DNA from: Chloroflexota bacterium | Lineage (GTDB): Bacteria; Chloroflexota; Dehalococcoidia; UBA2247; RBG-13-53-26 | Assembly: GCA_016875915.1 (NCBI GenBank) | Contig: VGOM01000007.1 | Span: 1-64,000 of the forward strand | Length of the DNA: 64,000 bases | Direction of reading: 5' to 3' | In this document: positions 19,674 through 29,059 of the stretch, one piece after another | How positions within the stretch are numbered: position 1 is the stretch's first letter | Layout of the letters: each line of letters opens with the position of its first letter | Notes under the pieces: model-generated | The model's input: the letters and a program-made list of their open reading frames with translations, nothing else | The model's database searches: none | Told to the model about the DNA's origin: nothing | Program-made: the position numbers and the translations under genes

Positions 19674-20781
19674 ATCGGCGCCGGAGGTACAGCCAAGGAG
19701 GCTGAGGAAGCTCATTCGTGAGCTGACCGACATCTACAGCCCTTCCGGCAAAGAGGAGGAGATCCTCGAGTATGCCGAGCAGCACCTGAAGAAGCACGAC
19801 CTGCCGGTGGAGAGGCAGGAGGTGGGCGAGAACCGATTCAATCTGGTGGTCTTCCCAGACAAATCAAATCGAGTCGACCTCTGCTTTGTGGGACACCTGG
19901 ACACGGTGGTGGCCTTTGACCTGGAGGACTACGGCTTCCACGAGGAAGGCGACACCCTCTTCGGGCTGGGCATCACCGACATGAAAGCCGGGTGCGCGGC
20001 CATGATGGAGGCGTTCTGCGTGCTGGCCGAAACCAAGAAGGGCCTATCCTCGGTAGGCCTGGCTCTGGTGGTCGGCGAGGAGCAGGAGGGCGACGGTGCC
20101 AAGACCCTGATCCGAGAGCTGAGCATCCCCTGGGCAGTGGTCGGCGAGCCCACGAACCTGGTGCCCTGCCTGGGCCACTATGGCTATCTGGAAGTGCTCC
20201 TGCGCACCCGCGGCAAGCGGGCCCATTCCTCCATGCCGGAGTTGGGGCAGAACGCCATCGAGACCATGCTGAAGTTGCTCCTGAAGCTGACCGAGTATGC
20301 CGACAACGCACCTCACGGCCTGGTGTACAACATCAGGCAGCTCACGGGATTCCCCGGCGGGTTCGTGGTCCCCGATAGCTGCGAGGCCTGGCTGGACCTT
20401 CATCTGCCCCCCGACGCCAGGATGGACATACTCAAAGCAGAACTGGAGCAGATCGTAGAAGGGGCCATCGAGAACATCCCGGGCATGGACGCCTACATCA
20501 GGTTCGAGAACGCCCATTCGGGGTATCTCATCTCGCAGAAGAGGCCGCTGGTGGGCAGACTGAGAGAGGCCTACCGGAAGATGTCCATCGGCTGGAAGCC
20601 TCAGGTGTTCCGGAGCCATTCGGACGCCAACATCCTCTGGGCCGGTGGAACCGACCCGATCATTCTGGGGCCAGGGCAACTGGAGACGGCCCATACCCCC
20701 GAGGAATCCGTGGAGTTCTCTCAGGTAGTGCAGGCGGCTGAGCTCTACCTGAACTTCGCCCGCTCGGTGCACAGACGATAG
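19657..20781 (+). CDS. M20 family metallopeptidase (ArgE/DapE-like deacylase)
   Basis: GHLDTV, GITDMKAG, VVGEEQEGDGAKTL motifs of the M20 zinc-binding and catalytic sites. Confidence 0.8.
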   Translation: METTPRSAPEVQPRRLRKLIRELTDIYSPSGKEEEILEYAEQHLKKHDLPVERQEVGENRFNLVVFPDKSNRVDLCFVGHLDTVVAFDLEDYGFHEEGDTLFGLGITDMKAGCAAMMEAFCVLAETKKGLSSVGLALVVGEEQEGDGAKTLIRELSIPWAVVGEPTNLVPCLGHYGYLEVLLRTRGKRAHSSMPELGQNAIETMLKLLLKLTEYADNAPHGLVYNIRQLTGFPGGFVVPDSCEAWLDLHLPPDARMDILKAELEQIVEGAIENIPGMDAYIRFENAHSGYLISQKRPLVGRLREAYRKMSIGWKPQVFRSHSDANILWAGGTDPIILGPGQLETAHTPEESVEFSQVVQAAELYLNFARSVHRR

Positions 20782-20841
20782 GCTCGGGGAACAGGGGGCG
20801 TGCCGGGGATGGTGCGTCACTCACCTCGGTTGGACGAATCC

Positions 20842-21585
20842 ATGCTGACCAGACAGGACCTGGAACGGTACGATCGGCAGATACGGTACGAGGGGTTCGG
20901 TGAGCAGGGGCAGCGCAGGCTCAAGGCATCGCACGTGGTGGTGGCCGGCGCCGGGGGGATCGGCTGTCCGGCCTCGATGTACCTGGCCTGTGCCGGGGTG
21001 GGGAGAATCACGGTCATCGACCACCAGTCCGTGGAACTGTCCAACCTCAACCGGCAGGTCCTGCACTGGGAAGAGGACATCGGCCGGCCCAAGTCTGTTT
21101 CCGCGGCGGCCAAGCTGAGGAACCTGAACCCTTCGACGGCCATCTCGCCAGTGACTGCCGAGATCACCGCGGCCAATGCCGGTGACCTTGTCAGAGGAGC
21201 CAGCGCAGTGCTGGATGCCATGGACAACTTCGAGACCAGAGCCGTCCTGAACCGGGCCACTGTGGCCAAAGGGATCCCCTTCATCCACGGAGGGGTCTGG
21301 GGTCTGTGCGGCCAGGTGACCACCATCATTCCAGGGAAGACACCGTGCCTGGCCTGCCTCTATCCGGAGAAGCCGGCGGAGAAGAGTCCTTTCCCGGTCT
21401 TCGGCGTGGCACCGGCCATGGTGGCCATCATCCAGGCCATTGAGGCCATCAAGATAATCGCCGGATTCGGCCGCCTGCTGGCGGGCCAGATGCTCTACTT
21501 CAACCAGGCCACCATGGACTTCAGCTTCCGCGAAGTGATCAGAAGGCCGGGTTGCCCGGTTTGCGGGCAGGCGGTCAAGCGATAG
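20842..21585 (+). CDS. ThiF/MoeB-family E1-like adenylyltransferase
   Basis: RYDRQI, VVVAGAGGIGCP Rossmann motif, C-terminal CxxC...CxxC zinc site. Start taken at MLTRQDL; the ORF opens at 20800. Confidence 0.8.
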   Translation: MLTRQDLERYDRQIRYEGFGEQGQRRLKASHVVVAGAGGIGCPASMYLACAGVGRITVIDHQSVELSNLNRQVLHWEEDIGRPKSVSAAAKLRNLNPSTAISPVTAEITAANAGDLVRGASAVLDAMDNFETRAVLNRATVAKGIPFIHGGVWGLCGQVTTIIPGKTPCLACLYPEKPAEKSPFPVFGVAPAMVAIIQAIEAIKIIAGFGRLLAGQMLYFNQATMDFSFREVIRRPGCPVCGQAVKR

Positions 21586-21588
21586 CCG

Positions 21589-21882
21589 ATGAAGATCCGC
21601 CTGAAGTCATTCTTCCACTATGACCTGAGTCAGGTCCTCGACCGGGGCATGATGGAACTGGAAGGCCGGAGTCCAACCCTGAGGGACCTCCTGAATGAGA
21701 TCTCTCTGAGGAGCGGCGGGAAGGTCCGGGCCATCGACCCGAAGACCGGAGAGATGGACGTGGAGTTCTTCGTGCTGCTCAACGGGCGCGAGGTGCCGGC
21801 TGTGCCGCAGGGGCTGGAGACCGAGATCCATGACGGCGACGAGGTGGGCATCGGCCTGATGCACTTCTGGGGTGGAGGCTAG
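21589..21882 (+). CDS. MoaD/ThiS-like ubiquitin-fold sulfur-carrier protein with C-terminal GG
   Basis: 97 aa ending ...GDEVGIGLMHFWGGG. Sits immediately downstream of the E1-like gene. Confidence 0.65.
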   Translation: MKIRLKSFFHYDLSQVLDRGMMELEGRSPTLRDLLNEISLRSGGKVRAIDPKTGEMDVEFFVLLNGREVPAVPQGLETEIHDGDEVGIGLMHFWGGG

Positions 21883-21953
21883 GCGGAGACAGCAAGGCGA
21901 TAGCAAGACCGCCTTCTCCACAGGGGCCGAAACACGGACAGGATGGGAACAAC

Positions 21954-22367
21954 TTGAATCAGGAAGAGCAGATACTGGATACTTACCGTATAGTGGCCGT
22001 GGTGGGTCTGTCGCCGGATGCAGAACGCCCCAGCTTCAGGGTGGCGTCATATCTCAAGGCACAGGGCTACAGGATCATCCCGGTGAACCCGAGGCTCAGT
22101 CAGGTACTGGGTGAGACCTGCTATCCGGAGTTGACCTCGATACCGGAGCCGGTGGAGGTGGTGGACATCTTCCGGCGGGCCGAGGAAGCGCCGGCGATCG
22201 TGGACCAGGCCATCGCCGTCGGGGCGAGGGCGGTCTGGATGCAGGAGGGAATAGTGAACGAGGCCGCAGCCCGGAAGGCCAGGGAGGCCGGGCTGCTGGT
22301 GGTGATGGACAGGTGCATGCGCAAAGAGCATCTGAAAGCAACAGAGAAGAAGTCAGGAGGTAGGTGA
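21954..22367 (+). CDS. CoA-binding domain protein (YccU/YneT-like)
   Basis: IVAVVGLSPDAERPSFRVASYLKAQGYRIIPVNP and VWMQEGI motifs. Confidence 0.75.
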   Translation: MNQEEQILDTYRIVAVVGLSPDAERPSFRVASYLKAQGYRIIPVNPRLSQVLGETCYPELTSIPEPVEVVDIFRRAEEAPAIVDQAIAVGARAVWMQEGIVNEAAARKAREAGLLVVMDRCMRKEHLKATEKKSGGR

Positions 22368-22870
22368 TGTCGAAGACCAATGACAACGTGGCAGCAGCAT
22401 TCGCCGGGGAGAGTCAGGCAAACCGGAAGTACCTCTTCTTTGCGGAGAAGGCCGAGGAAGAGGGGCACAAGCAGATAGCCCGGCTGTTCCGGGCCACCGC
22501 GGAGGCGGAGACGGTCCACGCGCGGAACCACCTCAAGGTTCTGCAGGGCATTATGTCAACTTCTGACAACCTCAAGACGGCCATCGGCGGTGAGAACCAC
22601 GAGTTCACGGAGATGTATCCCGGGTTCATCAAGCAGGCCGAGACCGAGAACCAGGCCAAGGCCAAGAACAGCTTCGACCTGGCCAACAGGGTGGAGGAGC
22701 TCCATCACGGCCTGTTCCAGGCCGCCCTGAGCAAGCTGGAGAAGAAGCAGTCCATGGAGGAGCAGCCCTTCTACGTGTGCCAGATCTGCGGCAACACGGT
22801 GGAGGGCAAGGCCCCCGACAAGTGCCCGGTGTGCGGCGCGCCGGCGAAGATGTTCAAGCGCGTCGACTAG
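22364..22870 (+). CDS. rbr: Rubrerythrin
   Basis: Diiron four-helix ExxH motifs plus a C-terminal rubredoxin-like CQICGN...CPVCG. Confidence 0.9.
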   Translation: MMSKTNDNVAAAFAGESQANRKYLFFAEKAEEEGHKQIARLFRATAEAETVHARNHLKVLQGIMSTSDNLKTAIGGENHEFTEMYPGFIKQAETENQAKAKNSFDLANRVEELHHGLFQAALSKLEKKQSMEEQPFYVCQICGNTVEGKAPDKCPVCGAPAKMFKRVD

Positions 22871-22938
22871 CTGCGCCGTTCCCGAAGCAATCGAACACCT
22901 GATGTCAGCGGCTCCCTGTCCGGAGCCGGGCGGAGGCT

Positions 22939-23517
22939 GTGATGAAGATCATGGGCATCATGGGCAGTCCACGGATAGGGGGCAACACCGAACTGCTCCT
23001 CGACGAAGCCCTGCGGGCGGCGGGAGTCCAGGGGGCGGAGACGGAGAAGATCGCCGTGGGCAGGCTGAAGATATCCCCCTGCAAGGAGGACTACGCCTGC
23101 CTCAAGGACGGCACCTGCGACATCAGGGACGCCATGGATGACATCTACCCCAAGCTGCTCGGCGCGGACGCCGTGATCATCGCCTCACCGATCTTCTTCT
23201 ACGGACTGACCAGTCAGGCCAAGGCGCTGATCGACCGCTGCCAGGCGCTGTGGGCCAGGAAGTACGTCCTGAAGCAGAAGCCGCACGGTTCGGGCAGGAG
23301 AGGCGCCCTCATAGCCGTCGGGGCCACCAAGGGAGAGAAGCTCTTCGAGGGATCGATACTGACGGCGAAGTACTTCTTCCAGACCATCGGCGTTGACTAT
23401 GCCGGGGAGTTGCTCATCCGGGGCATAGACAAGAAGGGCGAGATACGGGAGCATCCCACGGCGCTGAGGGATGCGGCGGAACTGGGCAGGCGGTTGGCGC
23501 TGCCAAGGCCGGAGTGA
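22939..23517 (+). CDS. NADPH-dependent FMN reductase / flavodoxin-like flavoprotein (Isf-like)
   Basis: MGSPRIGGNTE flavodoxin-like FMN loop. Cys-rich CKEDYACLKDGTC segment near the N-terminus. Confidence 0.7.
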   Translation: MMKIMGIMGSPRIGGNTELLLDEALRAAGVQGAETEKIAVGRLKISPCKEDYACLKDGTCDIRDAMDDIYPKLLGADAVIIASPIFFYGLTSQAKALIDRCQALWARKYVLKQKPHGSGRRGALIAVGATKGEKLFEGSILTAKYFFQTIGVDYAGELLIRGIDKKGEIREHPTALRDAAELGRRLALPRPE

Positions 23518-23603
23518 AGTCCATCCCGTCTCCGCCGGCGACACAGCCGAGCCGCTGAAGGAGTCATGGTGGCCCCATCCGACAGGTGAGGAGGAGTCAG
23601 GCG

Positions 23604-24134
23604 ATGTCGAAGCAGATCCAGAGAATGGCCGGCGCCCTGGAGACGGCCCTGGGGATGGAGATCGAGGGCAAGGAGTTCTATCAGAAGACAGGGCGGAAGA
23701 GCGTCAGTCCACTGGTTCAGGAACTGTTCAAACACTTGGCGGCGCAGGAGGATGTGCACTACCGCAGGGTGAAGGAGGTTCACGCGGCGGTCAAATCCGG
23801 GAACAGATGGCCGGAGAAGGAGTCCACCTTCAAGCGCCCCAGGAGCCTGCAGCGGGTCTTCAGGGAGGCCATAGACAAGATGGGCCCTCATTTCCAGGCT
23901 GCCTCCGCCGAGATTGACGCCCTCAAGGTGGCCATGGACATGGAGGACAAGAGCTGCAGCTTCTATCGAAATCGCGAGGAGGAGGCGGGGTCGGCGGCCG
24001 AGAAGGCCTTCTACAAGGCTCTGATGGGCGAGGAGAGGGTGCACTACCTCACACTGCAGTCCTCCCATGAGTACCTCTCCGATCCGGAGGGCTGGTTCAC
24101 CACGAAGGAGCGGTGGAGCCTGGACGGGATGTAG
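23604..24134 (+). CDS. Ferritin-like diiron protein (rubrerythrin family, no rubredoxin domain)
   Basis: Two ExxH half-sites (AQEDVHYRRV, EERVHYLTLQ) in a four-helix-bundle-length protein. Start taken at MSKQIQ. Confidence 0.6.
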   Translation: MSKQIQRMAGALETALGMEIEGKEFYQKTGRKSVSPLVQELFKHLAAQEDVHYRRVKEVHAAVKSGNRWPEKESTFKRPRSLQRVFREAIDKMGPHFQAASAEIDALKVAMDMEDKSCSFYRNREEEAGSAAEKAFYKALMGEERVHYLTLQSSHEYLSDPEGWFTTKERWSLDGM

Positions 24135-24222
24135 CCCCGGCCCTCGCCAGGCCCGGGTGCTGGTCTGGGTGGGGACGCGGGTATATAATCTTCTCTGCTC
24201 CGCGGAGCCGTCCTGAACGTCA

Positions 24223-24921
24223 ATGGCCATCGAAGTCGCGCTGCTGAAGTCGATACCGTACTTCCTGGGTTTGAGCACAGCGGAGCTCGAAGCCATCAGG
24301 AAGTACGTCTTCGAGCAGGCCGTGGGAAAGAACGACATGATCCTCATGGAGGGGGACCCGGCCAATGCGGTCTACTTCGTGGTCTCAGGGGCGGTGAAGG
24401 TCTTCAAGACGTCGGTTGAAGGCAAGGAGCAGATCCTGTGCATCCTCAGGCCGGGCGAGTCTTTCAATGACGTTGCCGTGTTCGACGGCGGCCCCAATCC
24501 GGCCAGCGCCATAGCCATGACCCCGGTGCTCCTCTACGGGATAAACAGGGCCAACGTGGAGACCATCCTCAGGGACTACCCCAACCTGGCCGCCAACGTG
24601 ATCAGGATCCTCTCCAAGAAGGTGCGCCACTTCGTGTCGCTGGTGGAGGACCTGTCGTTCCGGCACGTCACCGACAGATTGGCCAAGCTTCTTCTGGAGT
24701 ACGCCACGGACCACGGCACCGTCGCCGGGGAGCCCGGGGCGCGCCCGAGGCTGACCCAGCAGGAGATGGCCGCCGTGGTGGGCACGGCCCGGGAGGTGGT
24801 GGGCCGGTCTCTCAAGGCGCTGGAGGAAGAAGGGGCCATCAGGATGGACCGGCACCGGATCGTCATCGTCAACAAGAAGCGTCTGGAGCAGATGAGCGGG
24901 GTCGGGGCCGGGTCCGGCTAG
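24223..24921 (+). CDS. Crp/Fnr family transcriptional regulator
   Basis: cNMP-binding beta-roll region followed by a C-terminal HTH (REVVGRSLKALEEEG). No N-terminal FNR-type Cys cluster. Confidence 0.8.
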   Translation: MAIEVALLKSIPYFLGLSTAELEAIRKYVFEQAVGKNDMILMEGDPANAVYFVVSGAVKVFKTSVEGKEQILCILRPGESFNDVAVFDGGPNPASAIAMTPVLLYGINRANVETILRDYPNLAANVIRILSKKVRHFVSLVEDLSFRHVTDRLAKLLLEYATDHGTVAGEPGARPRLTQQEMAAVVGTAREVVGRSLKALEEEGAIRMDRHRIVIVNKKRLEQMSGVGAGSG

Positions 24922-24997
24922 ATGAGATGGAGACAAAGGTTACATACGTTCGGCCAGAGAGTGTGCCACTATCGCTGTTGGGCAAGCGAGGTTTGAG

Positions 24998-25225
24998 ATG
25001 CTGGTGAAGCCTATCCTGGATGAGGCGCTGTGCAATGGATGCGGGCTGTGTGTGGACGTCTGCCGGTGCGGGGCCCTGGTCCTGGTGAAGAAGATCATCA
25101 AGATCATCGAGGCAGAAGACTGCGGCTACTGCACCCAGTGCGAGCTGGTTTGCCCCACCGGGGCGATCCAGTGCCCATTCGAGATAGTGATCGAGGAAAC
25201 CATCGAGATAGGCCCTGAGGAGTAG
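24998..25225 (+). CDS. 2x[4Fe-4S] ferredoxin
   Basis: 75 aa with CNGCGLCVDVC and CGYCTQCELVCP motifs. Confidence 0.85.
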   Translation: MLVKPILDEALCNGCGLCVDVCRCGALVLVKKIIKIIEAEDCGYCTQCELVCPTGAIQCPFEIVIEETIEIGPEE

Positions 25226-25245
25226 TACCCGGGGGCGCGGCCCGA

Positions 25246-26349
25246 TCAGCCCAGAACCCTGGCGAACACGGGGTTCGAGGTGAGCACCCGGGAAGGCTCC
25301 AATCGATAAGACAGACCTTGGCGCGTCAGCCATCCCTCATTGACCATTTCATCCAGTCTGCGTAGTAGTCCGGCAGCAACGCCGTGCCCGTACCGGCTGA
25401 CCAAATCATCAGCCATCAACCCCTCTGAGAGCAAGCGCAGGCGCAACATGGCCTCCTCTGCGGCCTTGTCCGCCGGCCCCAGTTCCTCCGCCTCTTCCAC
25501 CAGTCCGCCGGGCTGGCAGAGGTAGGCATCCAGATCGGTCCGATTCCGGAACCGGCGTCCGTTCAGGTGCGAGGCGGCTGCGGGGCCGAGTCCGAGGTAC
25601 TCACCGCCGCGCCAGTAGTTCAGGTTGTGCAGACAGGCACGGCCCGGGAGGGCGAAGTTGGAGATCTCGTAGTGGATGTAGCCCGAACCCTGAAGGAGAC
25701 ACCGGGCAGCCTCGAAGAGATCGACCTGATCGTCCGCGGAGGGCAGATCAGGCGGCGGATTCGAGGCCAGGGCCGTGCCCGGCTCCAGCGACAGGCAGTA
25801 CAGCGAGAGATGGGGCACACGGAGGGCGGTCAGGCCGTCGAGGGTGGCCTGAAGAGCCGGCCAGCGCTGACCGGGCAGGCCGACAATGACGTCGACGGAT
25901 ATGTTCTCGAAGCCGGCCTCCCGGGCACGCTGAACCGCACCCAATGCCTGCGCGGCGCTATGGACCCTACCCGCCCGGCGGAGTTCCTCATCCTGAAGCG
26001 ACTGGACCCCGACGGAGAGTCGGTTCAGCCGGGAGTCCAGGGCAGCCCGAAGCAGATCAGCGCTGGCTGACTCCGGGTTGACCTCAATAGTGGCCTCCAC
26101 CATGGCCGAGAGGTCGAAGACCGAACGCAATCCCCCCAACAGCCTGGTCAGTCCCCGGGCTCCCAGGAGGCCGGGCGTGCCGCCGCCCAGGTAGAGGGTG
26201 TCGAATGACAGTCCGGGGCGGGCGCGGGCCTCGCCAATCAGAGCCTCAACATAGCTGTCGATGAGGTCGATCCGTCCGGCAAGGGAGTAGAAATCGCAGT
26301 AGGCGCACTTCCGGACGCAGAAGGGAACGTGGATGTAGAGTCCGGCCAT
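25246..26349 (-). CDS. hemW: Radical SAM heme chaperone HemW (HemN-like)
   Basis: LYIHVPFCVRKCAYCDF radical-SAM CxxxCxxC motif, about 367 aa (HemW size). Start taken at MAGLYIH. Confidence 0.8.
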   Translation of the reverse strand: MAGLYIHVPFCVRKCAYCDFYSLAGRIDLIDSYVEALIGEARARPGLSFDTLYLGGGTPGLLGARGLTRLLGGLRSVFDLSAMVEATIEVNPESASADLLRAALDSRLNRLSVGVQSLQDEELRRAGRVHSAAQALGAVQRAREAGFENISVDVIVGLPGQRWPALQATLDGLTALRVPHLSLYCLSLEPGTALASNPPPDLPSADDQVDLFEAARCLLQGSGYIHYEISNFALPGRACLHNLNYWRGGEYLGLGPAAASHLNGRRFRNRTDLDAYLCQPGGLVEEAEELGPADKAAEEAMLRLRLLSEGLMADDLVSRYGHGVAAGLLRRLDEMVNEGWLTRQGLSYRLEPSRVLTSNPVFARVLG

Positions 26350-26365
26350 CTGCCGCTGCCCGGAG

Positions 26366-26608
26366 CTATCCCTCGACGACATCGCCGGAGGCGGAGTCCA
26401 CCCTGATGCCTTTGGCGGCCACCCAGGCGATTCCCCTGTCGATGTCCTCGTCCGCGCCCTCCAGCTCCAGAACCACCCAACCCCTGTTCTCAGTCACATC
26501 GGCGCGGCGGATATTGGTCACCACCCCGAACTGGCGGCCGAGCAAGTAGATGACCGGCTCCTCAATGCGCTCCGGGGGGAAGGTGAACATCACCCGTCTC
26601 TTCGGCAT
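26366..26608 (-). CDS. NIL-domain-like small protein
   Basis: 80-aa protein. The pattern resembles the MetN C-terminal NIL domain (recalled from memory). Sits between the ThrC-like and hemW genes. Confidence 0.45.
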   Translation of the reverse strand: MPKRRVMFTFPPERIEEPVIYLLGRQFGVVTNIRRADVTENRGWVVLELEGADEDIDRGIAWVAAKGIRVDSASGDVVEG

Positions 26609-26616
26609 GGTCCCTC

Positions 26617-27858
26617 CTATCGAACCTCTGCGGCTGTCCCGGCGGCCGGCACTCTCTCTTTGAATGACTCCAGCGTGGGCTGGATGACGATGGGCTGAAC
26701 CACATCCCAGACCACCTCCTGGGTCTTGAGTCCGGCCGCGGTGATGCAGGCCACAGTGAGTTCATCGCGCCGGATCACCCCTGATCTTACCATGTTCTGC
26801 AATCCGGCAATGACCACCCCACCGGCGGTCTCGGTGAAGATGCCCTCGGTCCGGGCCAGGAGCTTCATGCCGGCAATGACCTCGTCGTCGCTCACCGCCG
26901 AGGCGCTGCCCCCGGACTCCCTGACGACCTTCAGGGCATAGTGGCCGTCGGCAGGATTGCCCACGGCGATGGACTTGGCGATGGTGTGCGGCTCCACGGG
27001 ATGGACGTGCAGCGTGCCGGCTCTGTAGGCATTGACGATGGGCGAGCTGCCGGCAGCCTGAACCAGGTGCATGTGGGTATTCACCGGCTCGATCAGGCCG
27101 AGCATGGACAGCTCGTTCAGTCCCTTCCAGATCCGGGTGAACAGCAGTCCCGAGGCAGACGGCGCCACAACGCAGTCCGGCGAGCGCCAATCCAACTGCT
27201 CTGCGATCTCATAGCCCAGGGTCTTGCTGCCTTCGGCATAGTAGGGACGCAGGCTGATATTGATGAAGCCCCAGCCATAGGCCTCGGCCAGCCTGTTGCA
27301 GAGGGCATTGACCCGGTCGTAGCTGCCTTCAACGGCGACCACCGTTGGCCCGTATACGGCCGTGCCCACCACCTTGCCTGCCTCAATGTCCGCCGGGATG
27401 AAGACGTAGGCGCGGAGTCCGGCCCGGGCCGCATGGGCGGCAACGCTGGCCGCCAGATTGCCGGTGGAGGCACAGGCGACGGTGCGGAAGCCCAGTTCTC
27501 GGGCCTTGGTGATGGCCACGGCCACGGCGCGGTCCTTGAAGGAATAGGTGGGGTTGAGACAGTCGTTCTTGATGTAGAGCTGCTCCAGTCCCAACTCCCG
27601 ACCCAGGTTGTCGCACCTGGTCAGGGGGGTGAAGCCCGTGCCGATGTCCACCACCGGGTCCTCGACGGGCAGAAGATCACGGTAGCGCCACATACTGGGC
27701 GGACCACTGCTCAGCGCCTGGCGGCTGACCCGCCTGGACATGGCCTTGTAGTCGTAGGCCACATCCAGCGGGCTGAAGCAGAAGTCGCAGAGGTTGACGG
27801 CTTTGAGGGGGTATTCACCGCCGCACTTGCGGCAGCGCAGGCTGGTGGCATAGGACAC
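26617..27858 (-). CDS. Threonine synthase-like PLP enzyme with N-terminal zinc ribbon
   Basis: N-terminal CRKCGG...CDFC zinc ribbon, PLP lysine motif SFKDR, glycine loop ASTGNLAAS. Confidence 0.75.
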   Translation of the reverse strand: MSYATSLRCRKCGGEYPLKAVNLCDFCFSPLDVAYDYKAMSRRVSRQALSSGPPSMWRYRDLLPVEDPVVDIGTGFTPLTRCDNLGRELGLEQLYIKNDCLNPTYSFKDRAVAVAITKARELGFRTVACASTGNLAASVAAHAARAGLRAYVFIPADIEAGKVVGTAVYGPTVVAVEGSYDRVNALCNRLAEAYGWGFINISLRPYYAEGSKTLGYEIAEQLDWRSPDCVVAPSASGLLFTRIWKGLNELSMLGLIEPVNTHMHLVQAAGSSPIVNAYRAGTLHVHPVEPHTIAKSIAVGNPADGHYALKVVRESGGSASAVSDDEVIAGMKLLARTEGIFTETAGGVVIAGLQNMVRSGVIRRDELTVACITAAGLKTQEVVWDVVQPIVIQPTLESFKERVPAAGTAAEVR

Positions 27859-27870
27859 TGTTCTGCTCCC

Positions 27871-28962
27871 TCAGTCCCCTTCCCGCAGTCCGGCTTCGCC
27901 GGCCAAGGCATCCTTCTTCTCCAGGGCGGAGTAGAACGCCTTCCAGAAGGGATCAACCCTGGGGTGGACCAGTTCCCTGCGCGCACCCCCGGCGGTGACG
28001 GTCATGCCCTGTCTGGCGTCGGTCAACTCTGCGACCACCGACGACCTGATCCCCTTCCGCGACAGAGCGGCAACGGCATCGGCCGCCCTGTGCTCGCGGC
28101 AAGCAATGACCAGGGTTCCCTCACTGATGGAGGAGTAGGGGTCGATGCCGAAGTAGCCGCAGACCTCGGGGACGCAGTCCTCGACCACAATGCGGTCGGC
28201 ATCCACTCTGATCCCCAGTCCGGAGGCCTGGCAGAGCTCATAGAGAGCACCCCAGATGCCACACTCCGTGGCGTCGTGCATGGCAGTCACACCGTCCTCC
28301 CTGACCCCAACGCCGGCCGCGGTGAGCGCATCATCAACGACGGACATCTTGTAGAAGATCCCCTGTGCCTTGCGACTGAAGGCCCCTCCGAACTGCCTGG
28401 CGATCAACTCAGGGAACATGGTGGCCAGTATCCCCACGGCTTCGATGGCCGGCCCCTTGGTGACGATGACTCTGTCGCCGGCCCGGCACATGGCCGGGGT
28501 GACGTATCTGTCCTTCTGGCCCACACTGATCACGGTGGCACCGCCGACCATGGGATAGTGGCAGTTCTCATACCTGGCGGTATGGCCACAGATGACGCAG
28601 ATGCCCAGTTGCTGACACTCCCGGTGGATGACGGTCCAGGTGATCTCCAGTTGCTCCCGGGTCATCTCCATAGGCAGGTTGAGATCGATGGAGAGGTAGG
28701 TCGGCTTCAGTCCAGAGGTCACCGCATCTGAGGCCAGTATGTGAAGGGCGAACCAGGCGGCCTTCTCCCAGCCGTACTCCGGCACGATGAAGACGGGGTC
28801 GGTAGTCAGGGCCACCGCCTTGTCCCCGATCTCAACGATGCCCACGTCAACGCCGTGCTGGGGACCGACCAGGACGCTGTCATTCCTGGCTCCAAGGCGG
28901 GGCAGTATCAGCTCCTCGAAGATCTCGGGGGATATCTTGCCTATCTCAGGAAGTTCCTTCAT
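27871..28962 (-). CDS. AIR-synthase-related (PurM/HypE/ThiL superfamily) protein
   Basis: PurM-like N-domain (DVGIVEIGDKAVALTTDPVF) and C-domain. Lacks the SelD N-terminal Cys/Sec loop and the HypE C-terminal Cys. Confidence 0.6.
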   Translation of the reverse strand: MKELPEIGKISPEIFEELILPRLGARNDSVLVGPQHGVDVGIVEIGDKAVALTTDPVFIVPEYGWEKAAWFALHILASDAVTSGLKPTYLSIDLNLPMEMTREQLEITWTVIHRECQQLGICVICGHTARYENCHYPMVGGATVISVGQKDRYVTPAMCRAGDRVIVTKGPAIEAVGILATMFPELIARQFGGAFSRKAQGIFYKMSVVDDALTAAGVGVREDGVTAMHDATECGIWGALYELCQASGLGIRVDADRIVVEDCVPEVCGYFGIDPYSSISEGTLVIACREHRAADAVAALSRKGIRSSVVAELTDARQGMTVTAGGARRELVHPRVDPFWKAFYSALEKKDALAGEAGLREGD

Positions 28963-29059
28963 GGCTCACCTCCGATGTCGCCTCGCTCAGGGACGGGGCG
29001 ACGACAGCAGTTCATGCCGGCATTGTATCAGGACCAGATACACTGATAGAAGGTCAAGG

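Noticed and set aside
27871-28962. PurM-like protein as selenophosphate synthetase SelD (to support the Sec-Grx call)
   Set aside because: It lacks the glycine-rich N-terminal loop with the catalytic Cys/Sec (GCGCK-like) that defines SelD. It is only a generic PurM-superfamily member.
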